Positions 25,095 to 35,022 of a stretch of DNA of 44,517 bases are shown here, one piece after another. Source of the DNA: an uncultured Rikenellaceae bacterium (GTDB lineage Bacteria; Bacteroidota; Bacteroidia; Bacteroidales; VadinHA17); contig CAZGUR010000003.1 of the NCBI GenBank assembly GCA_964529295.1, forward strand, positions 1 to 44,517. The letters are read 5' to 3'. A program made the position numbers and the translations under genes. The notes below the pieces were generated by a model, which saw only the letters and a list, made by a program, of their open reading frames with translations, searched no databases and was not told the origin of the DNA. The number at the start of each line of letters is the position of its first letter. Position 1 is the first letter of the stretch.

Positions 25095-25814
25095 ATGCAG
25101 AAAATGAGATTATTACTTATCAGCAATTCAACAAATGCAGGTGAAGAGTACCTTGACTATCCCAAACATGAAATACGCAATTTCCTTGGGGATAAGCCCG
25201 TAAAGGCCCTGTTCATACCATATGCTGCAGTTACATTCTCCTTCAATGACTACGAGGAGAAAGTACGTAAGAGGTTTAATGAAGTGGGCCATGACATAGA
25301 GTCAATACATAATTACCCTGACCCGCTTAAGGCAATTAAAGATGCCGATGCAATAGTAGTAGGAGGCGGTAATACATGGCAGCTTCTGAAAATGACAATT
25401 GAAAACAATCTAATCGAACCCGTCAGGGAAAAAGTTCTGGGAGGAACGCCCTATATAGGCTGGAGCGCAGGATCAAATATGGCCTGTCCAAGTATACGCA
25501 CAACCAATGATATGCCGGTTGTTGAACCCGGATCATTCAGAGCCTTTAACCTTATACCATTCCAGATCAACCCTCACTACCTCGATGCCAACCCTGACGG
25601 TCACGCCGGGGAAACAAGGCAGCAGAGGATTGAAGAATTTCTGGAAGTAAATCCCGGCATGTATGTTGCAGGCCTCAGAGAGGGCACTATGCTGCTCCTG
25701 GAAGACGACAGGCTCAGCCTTATAGGTCCCAGGAAATTAAGACTGTTCAGAAAGGGAGATGAACCTGCCGAATTCGGCAAATCCGACGATCTGAGTTTCC
25801 TGCTCAAAAAGTAA
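25095..25814 (+). CDS. pepE: Dipeptidase E (peptidase S51)
   Basis: Collinear with E. coli PepE: LLLISNS, VGGGNTWQLL, YIGWSAGSNMACPSIRTTNDMP, FQINPHY, GETRQQRI. Confidence 0.9.
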   Translation: MQKMRLLLISNSTNAGEEYLDYPKHEIRNFLGDKPVKALFIPYAAVTFSFNDYEEKVRKRFNEVGHDIESIHNYPDPLKAIKDADAIVVGGGNTWQLLKMTIENNLIEPVREKVLGGTPYIGWSAGSNMACPSIRTTNDMPVVEPGSFRAFNLIPFQINPHYLDANPDGHAGETRQQRIEEFLEVNPGMYVAGLREGTMLLLEDDRLSLIGPRKLRLFRKGDEPAEFGKSDDLSFLLKK

Positions 25815-25835
25815 GAGCAGGAAAATAATATCTTT

Positions 25836-28460
25836 ATGAAGCTACTCGGGAAAATATTATCATATATTACAGGTATAGGTATATCCCTGGTACTTATACT
25901 CTTTATTATATCCATTCTTTTTGAAAAGGATATATCACGTATATTCCTGAAGGAGCTGAATAAAAGACTCAATACAACAGTCAGCACCGGTGAAATGAAT
26001 TTCTCACTACTGAGAAGATTCCCGCAGGCCAGCATTGATATTGATGATTTCCTGATCCTATCTACGTTTCCGGATGATGAAGAGGGATCATATCAACAGG
26101 AAAGGGACAGTTTGCTTTATGCAGGTAAGATAACCCTGTCACTGAAGATCACCGAGCTGATCCGGAAAAACTATATCATCGACAGGATAGACATCAGCAG
26201 GGGGAAGATAAACCTGCTTTCCGACTCACAGGGTAAGTTAAACACTGCAGTATGGAAAAAGCAGCCAGAAAATGACACTTCATTGATAACATTGAATATC
26301 AACAGTATAAACATTGACAAATCAAGTTTTACTTACAGCTCACTAAAGACGGGGTTTATTATCAGGACCCGGATAAACAACTCATCCAACAGGCTTGTCA
26401 TTGATAATAAATCTGCCACAGTGCGATCACAATCCGATTTAATATTATCCGGGCTTAAAACAGGTCCCGGTTACAACATACAGGGTCCGTACCCGCTTGT
26501 AATAACTGCCGGTTTGATGATATCAGCTGACAGTATAATCATCAGACAGTCGCAACTGGAAACAGGTGATCTGAAACTGGAAACAGAGGGATTCATAGCC
26601 ACCGGGAAAAGTGAATTATCACTTCGCGCAGAAAGCAGCCGGGCCCCCGCCGGCTTTATTGCTGAATTCCTGCCCGGACAAATAAGCAGCTTTCTCAACA
26701 AATATAATATCACGGGCCTCGTCTCGTCATCCCTTGAGCTTAAAGGCAGTTATAAGAAAGGTTCATCAATGATTATGACAGCATCACTTGATGTCAGTGA
26801 GGCGGAAAGCAGGTTAAGCTCACCGGCAATAGAGATAAAAAACATAAGAACAACAGCTAACATGAAACTGGACCTGGGCAACAGCAAGAGACTGTTTGAG
26901 GTCAGCACTTCTTCCTATAAGGCCCGCTTTGACAATACTGATATTTCCGGTTCTTTTTACCTTGAAAACCTTTCAGAACCCCATATTGATATCAGTCTCA
27001 GGGGCTTGTTCCCATCCACCCGGCTGTCAGAGCTGGCAGATGTAGCTGGACTGCACTCAAGGAAGGGAACGGTAAGGCTTAATGCCCGTTTTACAGGCAC
27101 TGTACCAGGCAAACAGGAAGAAGCGCATAATCCACTGCCTGAACTCAGGCGATCGGTAAACATAGGTCTTGGTGACGTAAACCTCAGCCTGCCGGGACTG
27201 AAAGGTGAGCTGGAAAACATTAACGGTAATATTATGATTGCCGATAATATCTGGGTTGATGAGTTAAGCCTCAGTCATGACGGGCAGAACATAGCCCTGA
27301 ACGGGATGATCGATGGGTTTAACAGCTGGATGCTGGATAAAAAGGCAAAGCCGGAGATAACAGCAGGTATATGGGCGGATAAGCTTGATATAAACAAACT
27401 CATGCATAATCTTAAGAGTGAGGAAAAGGCTCATAATGAGAAAACAGGCAAAACCATCCCGCTTATGAACCTCAACATCAGATGTGACAGCCTGATAATA
27501 GGTGCCTACAGGGCCTCTCTCTTTGATGGTAACCTGTCATACAGATCCGGTCTGGTCGATATCCCTTCGTTCAGCATGAACGCACTGGGCGGGTCAATAT
27601 CGGGTAATGCAGCCATAGCAGAGCTGGGAGATAAGGCTTACGCCGTCAGGGGCTGGTTTCATATTGAAAATATCGACATCCGCAATACCTTTGAAGTATC
27701 CAATAATTTCCGGCAGGACTATATTAAGGCAGAAAACCTGGAAGGTGATATTACCGGTAATATCAGCATCTCAGCCACTGCGGACAGTACTTTCAGGATT
27801 AACAGCGATGACCTGGTATTAAATGGTGAATATTATATCCTCAACGGCAGCCTGGTTGATTTTGAACCCGTATATAAACTGTCAAAGTTCATAGACATAA
27901 AGGAACTTGAAAGAATAGATTTTTCAAGACTTGAGAATGACCTGATAATCAGTGAAGGGTCAGTGAAGATACCAGGGATGGATATCAGCTCTTCTGCATT
28001 CAATATATCACTGGAAGGGAGTCATTCTTTTGACGGAAATTACCAGTACCGCCTTAAAGTGTTGCTGTCAGAGCTTCTGAGCAAAAAAAAGAATAATAAA
28101 GTGAGTGAATTCGGAGTAATTGAAGAAGACGGCCTGGGCCGTACCTCCCTGTATCTGAAAATCGACGGTGATGCCGGCGGATCAAAGGTGTCCCATGACT
28201 CCGATGCACTCAGGGCAGGTATAAAAGAAAGCCTGGTAAAGGAAAAGCAGGAAATCAAATCCATACTGAACCAGGAGTTCGGCTGGTATAAAGGTGATTC
28301 AATACATCAGGTAAGCACTGATAAATCACGACGCTTCAGGATAATATGGGAAGAAACAGATTCAATCAAGACAGAAACAGAGAAGTCATCAGAAAAAAAG
28401 CTACCTTTAATAAACATATTCAAAAAGAAGAACATAAAGGAGGGAAAAACTGAAAAATAA
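25836..28460 (+). CDS. AsmA-family large envelope protein
   Basis: N-terminal TM anchor, then an ~850-aa beta-rich, Ser/Asn/Ile-rich body with a basic C-terminal tail. Family assignment is by architecture and composition and is moderately confident. Confidence 0.65.
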   Translation: MKLLGKILSYITGIGISLVLILFIISILFEKDISRIFLKELNKRLNTTVSTGEMNFSLLRRFPQASIDIDDFLILSTFPDDEEGSYQQERDSLLYAGKITLSLKITELIRKNYIIDRIDISRGKINLLSDSQGKLNTAVWKKQPENDTSLITLNINSINIDKSSFTYSSLKTGFIIRTRINNSSNRLVIDNKSATVRSQSDLILSGLKTGPGYNIQGPYPLVITAGLMISADSIIIRQSQLETGDLKLETEGFIATGKSELSLRAESSRAPAGFIAEFLPGQISSFLNKYNITGLVSSSLELKGSYKKGSSMIMTASLDVSEAESRLSSPAIEIKNIRTTANMKLDLGNSKRLFEVSTSSYKARFDNTDISGSFYLENLSEPHIDISLRGLFPSTRLSELADVAGLHSRKGTVRLNARFTGTVPGKQEEAHNPLPELRRSVNIGLGDVNLSLPGLKGELENINGNIMIADNIWVDELSLSHDGQNIALNGMIDGFNSWMLDKKAKPEITAGIWADKLDINKLMHNLKSEEKAHNEKTGKTIPLMNLNIRCDSLIIGAYRASLFDGNLSYRSGLVDIPSFSMNALGGSISGNAAIAELGDKAYAVRGWFHIENIDIRNTFEVSNNFRQDYIKAENLEGDITGNISISATADSTFRINSDDLVLNGEYYILNGSLVDFEPVYKLSKFIDIKELERIDFSRLENDLIISEGSVKIPGMDISSSAFNISLEGSHSFDGNYQYRLKVLLSELLSKKKNNKVSEFGVIEEDGLGRTSLYLKIDGDAGGSKVSHDSDALRAGIKESLVKEKQEIKSILNQEFGWYKGDSIHQVSTDKSRRFRIIWEETDSIKTETEKSSEKKLPLINIFKKKNIKEGKTEK

Positions 28461-28527
28461 TAAGAATATCGGTCTGGATATTTACAGGAGAAAAACCATC
28501 TGGAAACTCCTGCTGCTGATATTTGCC

Positions 28528-29631
28528 GTGCTTATCGGTCTGAGCTCACTATTATACACCAATAAACTGGTAAAGGACCTGAAGCATGAAGAAAGGAAGA
28601 AGGCAGAGCTGCTGGCAAGAACATGGCGCAGGCTTATTAACAGCAATGAAGATGAGGAATATATTGGCTTCCTCTTTTCCATTATCGAAAATAACTCAAC
28701 AGTGCCTGTTATACTTACGGATGAGGACAGTAACATTATCGGTTACCATAATTTTGACAGTCTTAAGACCGCTGACCCGGAGTATATGCAAAGACAGCTG
28801 GAAAGGTTGCAGGAAAAAAGCAATCCAATAATTATTAACCTGGGAGGCGGATCAAAAAATTATATCTATTATAAGGACAGCATAATACTCACCCGTCTTA
28901 TTTACTATCCCTATGTGCAGCTTGCTGTGATCATTATGTTCATTATAATAGCCTATATTGCTTTCAGCATGTCACGAAGGGCCGAACAGAACAGTGTTTG
29001 GGTAGGTATGTCAAAAGAGACGGCACACCAGCTGGGCACACCTACCTCTTCTCTCTCTGCCCTGGCAGAGCTGATAAAAGACAAATACCCGGACAGCGGC
29101 ATCTACGTAGAATTAAACAGGGATGTTGAACGGCTTGAGAAGATAACCGAAAGGTTTTCAAAGATAGGATCCGTGCCTGCTCTGACAAATGAAAAAATTG
29201 TTACAATAATAAGCAGAAGTCTTGAATACCTTAAGCTGAGGTCCAGCTCAAAGATCAGATTCAGAATTGAAAACGAGCTCCCTGAAGAGACAATGATACC
29301 ATTGAACACACCTCTTTTCGAATGGGTAATGGAGAATGTATGCAAAAATGCTATGGATGCCATGAACGGGGAGGGTACAATAAGAATTAAGCTCTCCGCT
29401 GCTAATGAGCAGGTGATTATAGACATTGTTGACACAGGCAAAGGAATACCCAGGGCAGCACAGAAAAAAATTTTTAAGCCGGGCTACACTACTAAAAAGC
29501 GCGGCTGGGGACTGGGACTCTCACTGGCCCAGCGTATAATAGAACTTTACCATAAGGGAAAAATATACGTCAAATATTCAGATCCTGCAAAGGGCAGTGT
29601 TATACGTATCATTCTGAGCAGTAAAATATAA
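28528..29631 (+). CDS. Sensor histidine kinase (HisKA + HATPase_c); true start probably upstream at about 28450
   Basis: H-box SKETAHQLGTPTSSL, N-box MENVCKNAMDA, G-boxes VDTGKGIP and GWGLGLSLA. The GTG at 28528 cuts the first TM helix; see the finding on a non-canonical start. Confidence 0.85.
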   Translation: MLIGLSSLLYTNKLVKDLKHEERKKAELLARTWRRLINSNEDEEYIGFLFSIIENNSTVPVILTDEDSNIIGYHNFDSLKTADPEYMQRQLERLQEKSNPIIINLGGGSKNYIYYKDSIILTRLIYYPYVQLAVIIMFIIIAYIAFSMSRRAEQNSVWVGMSKETAHQLGTPTSSLSALAELIKDKYPDSGIYVELNRDVERLEKITERFSKIGSVPALTNEKIVTIISRSLEYLKLRSSSKIRFRIENELPEETMIPLNTPLFEWVMENVCKNAMDAMNGEGTIRIKLSAANEQVIIDIVDTGKGIPRAAQKKIFKPGYTTKKRGWGLGLSLAQRIIELYHKGKIYVKYSDPAKGSVIRIILSSKI

Positions 29632-29726
29632 TTATCTTTGTCTGCCCGATAATGAGCCTGCACTGAAAAGTTTTAAATAAAAGCTAATCCTGCGGTGCAG
29701 AGAAAATTGAAATCGGGATCTGAAAA

Positions 29727-29752
29727 GAAAGGATATAAAGAAAGGATATAAA
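29727..29752. repeat. Perfect 13-bp tandem direct repeat
   Basis: gaaaggatataaa occurs x2 (29727-29739 and 29740-29752), 37 nt upstream of the ATG at 29789. Confidence 0.9.
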
Positions 29753-29788
29753 GTAATCTGATGCCGCAAGGCCTGATAGTTTAGAAAG

Positions 29789-31051
29789 ATGGATCTTCAA
29801 AGAAAAGATATAGAAATAATGGCCCCTGCCGGCTCGCATGAATCATTGATGGCTGCAGTTCAGGCCAGGGCCGACTCCGTTTATTTCGGGGTGGAGCAGC
29901 TTAATATGAGAGCCCGTTCATCACAAAACTTCACTGTTGATGATCTGCCTGAAATAACTGAAATTTGCCGCAGACACAATCTTAAAAGCTACCTTACACT
30001 TAATGTCGTTATATATGACAGCGAGACCGGGCAACTGAAAAAGATAATTGATGCCGCCGCAAAAAGCGGCATAAGCGCCATTATTGCCTCCGACCTGGCA
30101 GTGATGCAGTATGCCAGGGAAGCAGGCGTGGAGGTGCACCTTTCCACCCAGGTAAATATCAGCAATTCACAGGCTCTGAAATTCTTCTCGCAGTGGGCCG
30201 ATACCGTTGTACTGGCCAGGGAGCTTAATCTTTCACAGGTAAGGGAGATATATGATAATATCCTTTCAGACAATATAAGAGGGCCTTCAGGCAGACATGT
30301 CAGTATAGAGATGTTTGCCCATGGCGCTCTCTGCATGGCTATATCCGGTAAATGCTACCTTAGCCTTCATGAGAATAATAAATCAGCCAACAGGGGCAAC
30401 TGTTACCAGACATGCAGAAAAGGATATACTGTTAAGGAGAAAGAAACAGCCTGGGAGCTGGATATTGAAAACGAATATATTATGTCGCCCAAAGACCTGT
30501 GCACCATAGGCTTTGTCAATAAACTGCTGGACGCAGGTGTCAGGGTGCTGAAGATTGAAGGCAGGGCAAGGTCTCCTGAATATGTAAAAACCGTTGTCTC
30601 TTCATATAATGAAGCCGTGGAGGCCGTTATCTCAGGCAGCTATGATGAAAAGCTTATAAGTAAGCTGAGGGACAGGCTGGCAACAGTCTTTAACAGGGGG
30701 TTCTGGGATGGTTATTACCTTGGACAGCGGCTGGGCGAATGGAGCCATAAATATGGCTCCGGTGCAGGAAGAAAAAAAATATACCTGGGTAAGGTAAGCA
30801 ATTATTTCACCCGTCTCAGGGTTGCAGAGCTAAAGCTGGAGGCCGGTGACCTCAGCAAGGGGGATGATATTCTGATTATCGGTCCTACAACAGGGGTCAT
30901 TGAATACAGGGTGGGTGAAATAAGGGTGGATGAAAGTGTTGCTACCCGCTCAGTTAAGGGTGATACCTGCTCCATACCTGTTAATGATAAGCTGAGGCGC
31001 TCCGATAAGGTTTATAGTTGGGTAGCTGTACCGGCCCGTATGAATAAATAA
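29789..31051 (+). CDS. Peptidase U32-family protein (YegQ/TrhP-like size and layout)
   Basis: IEIMAPAGS..., SVYFG, Cys cluster region (HGALCMAISGKCYLS...CYQTCR) and EGRARSPEY are typical of the U32 family. Confidence 0.9.
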   Translation: MDLQRKDIEIMAPAGSHESLMAAVQARADSVYFGVEQLNMRARSSQNFTVDDLPEITEICRRHNLKSYLTLNVVIYDSETGQLKKIIDAAAKSGISAIIASDLAVMQYAREAGVEVHLSTQVNISNSQALKFFSQWADTVVLARELNLSQVREIYDNILSDNIRGPSGRHVSIEMFAHGALCMAISGKCYLSLHENNKSANRGNCYQTCRKGYTVKEKETAWELDIENEYIMSPKDLCTIGFVNKLLDAGVRVLKIEGRARSPEYVKTVVSSYNEAVEAVISGSYDEKLISKLRDRLATVFNRGFWDGYYLGQRLGEWSHKYGSGAGRKKIYLGKVSNYFTRLRVAELKLEAGDLSKGDDILIIGPTTGVIEYRVGEIRVDESVATRSVKGDTCSIPVNDKLRRSDKVYSWVAVPARMNK

Positions 31052-31053
31052 TT

Positions 31054-32097
31054 TCAGACTGTCATCTCATCTGCCAGCAGCATCACTTTACCGGCATTCT
31101 CAGAAGCACTTGCTGAGGGAGAATCTACAAAAAACACTCGATGCTCTGGACGCTGGGACAGCCCGTAACGGTAGGTTCTGTCATAATATCCCAGCACAAT
31201 CTCTATTGCCGGCTCAAGATCATTCGCCTGTATGGCCCTGAGAGCGGCCTTTGTATTATCACCCCCCAGTTTTTTCGATATCTTCTTAACAGAATCTGCC
31301 AGCTGAACGGAACTGAAAGCTCCGTACTCCTCCTTCAGCTTTGGCATACGTATACTTATATCCGGCATAAGGGCAATAACCGCGGCCTCACGCATTAAAC
31401 GGAAAAATCCGTCCGGTATGCTTACCGTACCTATATTATGACTTTCATCCTCCACGAATACCCTTTTACCTGAATCCTGTTTCCTGAGCACATCATACAG
31501 AAGATTGGCAAAATGCTCGGAGCCGGGTTGTGATGCCTGACCAAGAGCTCCAAAAGCTGATCCCTTGTGGCAGGCCAGCGCTTCCAGGTCAACCACCTGT
31601 TCACCCTTCTTTGACAGTTCAGCCAGTATATCCGTTTTACCGCTACCTGTTAAACCTCCTAAAATAATCATCTGCCTGGTTCTGGCCAGCTGGCCCAGTA
31701 TATAATTCCTGTAAGCTTTATAGCCTCCTTCAAGCAATACACAATCAATACCCGCATTACCGAACAGCCAGGCCATGCTTTCCGATCTGCTTCCTCCCCT
31801 CCAGCAGTGAACAAGCAGCTTTTTACCTTCTCCTGCCTTCTTAATACCATCTTTCAGCAAACCCGACATCTTCGGGCCCACTATATCCAGCGCTCTTATT
31901 ACTGCTGACAGCTGGTTTTCCTGCTTATACAGAGTGCCTACCTCCGCTCTTTCATCATCGCTGAATAGAGGTATATTACAGGCAGCAGGTATATGACCCT
32001 TACGGAATTCAGAAGGCGACCTGACATCAATAACAGGTATTGACTCCGATAATTCAAGAAATTCGCGCGGACCGGTTCTGAAAGAATAATAACTCAA
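31054..32097 (-). CDS. selU: tRNA 2-selenouridine synthase
   Basis: Rhodanese domain (IDVRSPSEFRKGHIPAACNIPLFSDDERAEVGTLYKQ, HCWRGGSRS), EGGYKAYR and P-loop GGLTGSGKT are collinear with E. coli YbbB/SelU. TTG start. Confidence 0.9.
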   Translation of the reverse strand: MSYYSFRTGPREFLELSESIPVIDVRSPSEFRKGHIPAACNIPLFSDDERAEVGTLYKQENQLSAVIRALDIVGPKMSGLLKDGIKKAGEGKKLLVHCWRGGSRSESMAWLFGNAGIDCVLLEGGYKAYRNYILGQLARTRQMIILGGLTGSGKTDILAELSKKGEQVVDLEALACHKGSAFGALGQASQPGSEHFANLLYDVLRKQDSGKRVFVEDESHNIGTVSIPDGFFRLMREAAVIALMPDISIRMPKLKEEYGAFSSVQLADSVKKISKKLGGDNTKAALRAIQANDLEPAIEIVLGYYDRTYRYGLSQRPEHRVFFVDSPSASASENAGKVMLLADEMTV

Positions 32098-32098
32098 A

Positions 32099-34960
32099 TC
32101 AGTTGGAAAAGTATTTAATTAATATCTTCCTCATATCTTCCTGCCTGACTGGCTTACTGATATACTGGCGTATACCTGCTATCTCGGCTTTCTTAACCGA
32201 CTCATTGGCACTGTCAGCACTCAATGCAACGATAAGGGTATCCGGGGATACTTCCAGTATCTTTTTTGCCGCTGTATAACCATCCATCTCCGGCATCACC
32301 AGATCCATAAAGATAATATCATACTTCTTCTTGCCGGCTTTCTCAAGACCTTCCTTACCGTTCACAGCCAGATCGGCTTCATAACCTATGCTTTTGAGTA
32401 TAGTCAGCGCCACCTTTTGGCTTATTACATTATCCTCCACCACCAGTATACTAAGATCATCGCTTACTGCATCGACCATATCAGGCTCTACCTCTGTCTC
32501 TAGCTCGGGAAACCTGTTATGTATTATATCCAGTAACTCGCTCTTATGATATGGTTTAACAAGATAGTCATCTATACCGTAATGAATACATCGTGCATAA
32601 TTACCCTTCTTGTCATTTGAGCTTACCATCAGTATCATAAAACTCTTATACAGGTTCTCCTCCCAAATCCTTTGTGCCACATCGAAACCATCAAAATCCT
32701 CTGCATCAACGATAACTATTATTTTATACCTTTCTTTTACCTGCTCCAGGTTAGACCTGATAAGGTTAATAGTTTGCTTCTGCCATCCGGTCACATATGA
32801 TGCCAGTCCGAAATCATGCAGGGCATTGAGCAGTTCCTCATCCCTCTGCCGGCTACCGCTTATCACCAGTGCCTTAATGTCAGAATATTTCTTTACACCG
32901 GTAGCACCATAATCCTTCTCAATCCTGATATTAGAATACACTTTTACACTGAAAGTAAAGCGTGCACCCGGTGTATCCGGATCATCAGATATGCCGGAAG
33001 GAGTTGCGGCATGCAGTGATCCACCCATCATCTCAATAAGCTGCCTGGAAATCAGTCCCCCAAGCCCTTTCCCTTCATACTGGGTTATGCTGCTGCTTTC
33101 AGCCTTTACATATTCACCAAACACCTTTTTCAGTAAGGCCTTATCATAATTCTTCCCTGTATCCCTCAGATCAAATTTAAGAAATAACACACCTTTGCCC
33201 GCGCTTTCAGCATTTATGTCAAGCCTTATCTCTCCTTGATCCGTATGTTCAAGTGATACTGTAAGAAGGTTGGTGATCAACTGCCGTAACCTGAAAGGGT
33301 CTCCTATAACACTTTCAGGCACATCCTCATTTATATTCCACCTTAATTTAACTCTCTCCCCGGCTACTGCACTTACTACACTAAAACAATATTCAATCTC
33401 CTTTTCCACCACGAAAGGTATCTCATCCAGCATCAGGCTACCCTTTTCCAGCTTTGAAAAGTCCAGCAGATCATTAATTATCCCCAGCAGCAGGTCAGAT
33501 GAGTTCTTTACAAGGTTAACAAGCTTCTGTATCTCCGGTTCATTATCCATCCTGGCAAGCATATCCACCATACCTATTATACCATTCAGGGGTGTCCTTA
33601 TCTCGTGACTTATCTTGGCAAGGAATTCCGATTTGGCCTCATTGGCCCTCGCTTCCTGCTTACGCGCCACCTCAAGCAGGGTTACATCCATCAATACTAT
33701 CATACTGGCTTTCTCACCCAGGTAATCAACCGGAATCTCTTTCCTGTATAATACAGTGTCTATACCATCATTATCCACAATCATAAACTGGTTCGGCTCA
33801 AAACCTGAGCCCAGGTTCTCAGCAAAAAATATTCCTTCACCCGAATGGAGTGTCTCCGGCATAATCTTACCCTCCATCTCTGCACTGTCTTTATAGGAAA
33901 ACATCAGACAGGCATTCTCGTTTGCCCTGATAACTTCCTTATCCGCATTAACAATAACAACACCCACAGGCATCAGGTCAATAAGTCTCATAAAAGTTTT
34001 CTCTGACTGCCTCAGCGTTTTTGCTTCGCTCGCCTGCCTTCTGATAAAATGACGGTAAAAAAATATCAGTACCGACACTAACAAAAGCGTAAGGGACACA
34101 ATAAGCAATGAGTTGCGGATAATATATACCTGGTAAAAATCAGCCGGCGCTGAAAAAACCATACCGAATTCACGCCTCAGCAATTCTACTGCATAATAAG
34201 AAGAAATAACCTGCCTGCTTTCTCCATCTGCCTCTATGGCATGCACTATATTGCCATTTATCCCCTCATCAATATTGTTATATATCTGTGACAGGCTCCT
34301 TATATTAAGTTCCCCGTAATCATCCCATCGCGCAATATCATTCTCAAAATAGTTGGAGAAAACAACCTGACCCTCATTATCCATCAGCCATTGCCATTGC
34401 TGCTCTTCCAGTTTATACTTACTGAATATATCATTAAAGTAATTAATATAATCAACTGTAATAATGATGTTTCCTGTCACTTCTCCTTCTGAATAAACAG
34501 GTTGTGCCAGGTCCCATTTATTCCGGTTTGGTATAAGTTCATCTCTCATCAGAAGCTCTTTCTGATTCTGGGCAAGGTAAGTGTTTGCTATCCACTCATC
34601 ATCTTCCGAATCCTTGTATAGCATAAAAACACGGGCATCGCGACTGTTATACTCGATTGTCTCCACAAAATTGTCATACTTACTGTAATAGAATTTCAGC
34701 TTCTCTATTATCCTTTCCCTTACATCCTCGTTTCCCCCATCAAAGAAATGGTGAAACTCCTCCTTCATAATTATTTCATTGAGGTCACTTTCAAAAGTAA
34801 TATTGGTATTATTCACTTCAGCACCTATTATGCCTATCTGCTGACCCAGCAGGTCCTTAACATAATCAATCTGCTTTTGATACATTCTATTGTAATAGAT
34901 GCCGTTTATCACCAGTATTATCAGAAATAATACAACCGTAAGTATTGTAAGGCGCTTCAT
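32099..34960 (-). CDS. Hybrid sensor histidine kinase/response regulator (periplasmic sensor, PAS-like, HisKA, HATPase, degenerate receiver, canonical receiver)
   Basis: TM - ~270-aa extracytoplasmic domain - TM. H-box ISHEIRTPLNGIIGM; G2 GKGLGGLISRQL; C-terminal receiver VVEDN...FMDLVMPEMDG...SKPV. Confidence 0.9.
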   Translation of the reverse strand: MKRLTILTVVLFLIILVINGIYYNRMYQKQIDYVKDLLGQQIGIIGAEVNNTNITFESDLNEIIMKEEFHHFFDGGNEDVRERIIEKLKFYYSKYDNFVETIEYNSRDARVFMLYKDSEDDEWIANTYLAQNQKELLMRDELIPNRNKWDLAQPVYSEGEVTGNIIITVDYINYFNDIFSKYKLEEQQWQWLMDNEGQVVFSNYFENDIARWDDYGELNIRSLSQIYNNIDEGINGNIVHAIEADGESRQVISSYYAVELLRREFGMVFSAPADFYQVYIIRNSLLIVSLTLLLVSVLIFFYRHFIRRQASEAKTLRQSEKTFMRLIDLMPVGVVIVNADKEVIRANENACLMFSYKDSAEMEGKIMPETLHSGEGIFFAENLGSGFEPNQFMIVDNDGIDTVLYRKEIPVDYLGEKASMIVLMDVTLLEVARKQEARANEAKSEFLAKISHEIRTPLNGIIGMVDMLARMDNEPEIQKLVNLVKNSSDLLLGIINDLLDFSKLEKGSLMLDEIPFVVEKEIEYCFSVVSAVAGERVKLRWNINEDVPESVIGDPFRLRQLITNLLTVSLEHTDQGEIRLDINAESAGKGVLFLKFDLRDTGKNYDKALLKKVFGEYVKAESSSITQYEGKGLGGLISRQLIEMMGGSLHAATPSGISDDPDTPGARFTFSVKVYSNIRIEKDYGATGVKKYSDIKALVISGSRQRDEELLNALHDFGLASYVTGWQKQTINLIRSNLEQVKERYKIIVIVDAEDFDGFDVAQRIWEENLYKSFMILMVSSNDKKGNYARCIHYGIDDYLVKPYHKSELLDIIHNRFPELETEVEPDMVDAVSDDLSILVVEDNVISQKVALTILKSIGYEADLAVNGKEGLEKAGKKKYDIIFMDLVMPEMDGYTAAKKILEVSPDTLIVALSADSANESVKKAEIAGIRQYISKPVRQEDMRKILIKYFSN

Positions 34961-35022
34961 ATAAACTGTATGATTGAAAATAATTTTCTAAAGATAGGGT
35001 ATTTTAAAAACAAGCAATAATT

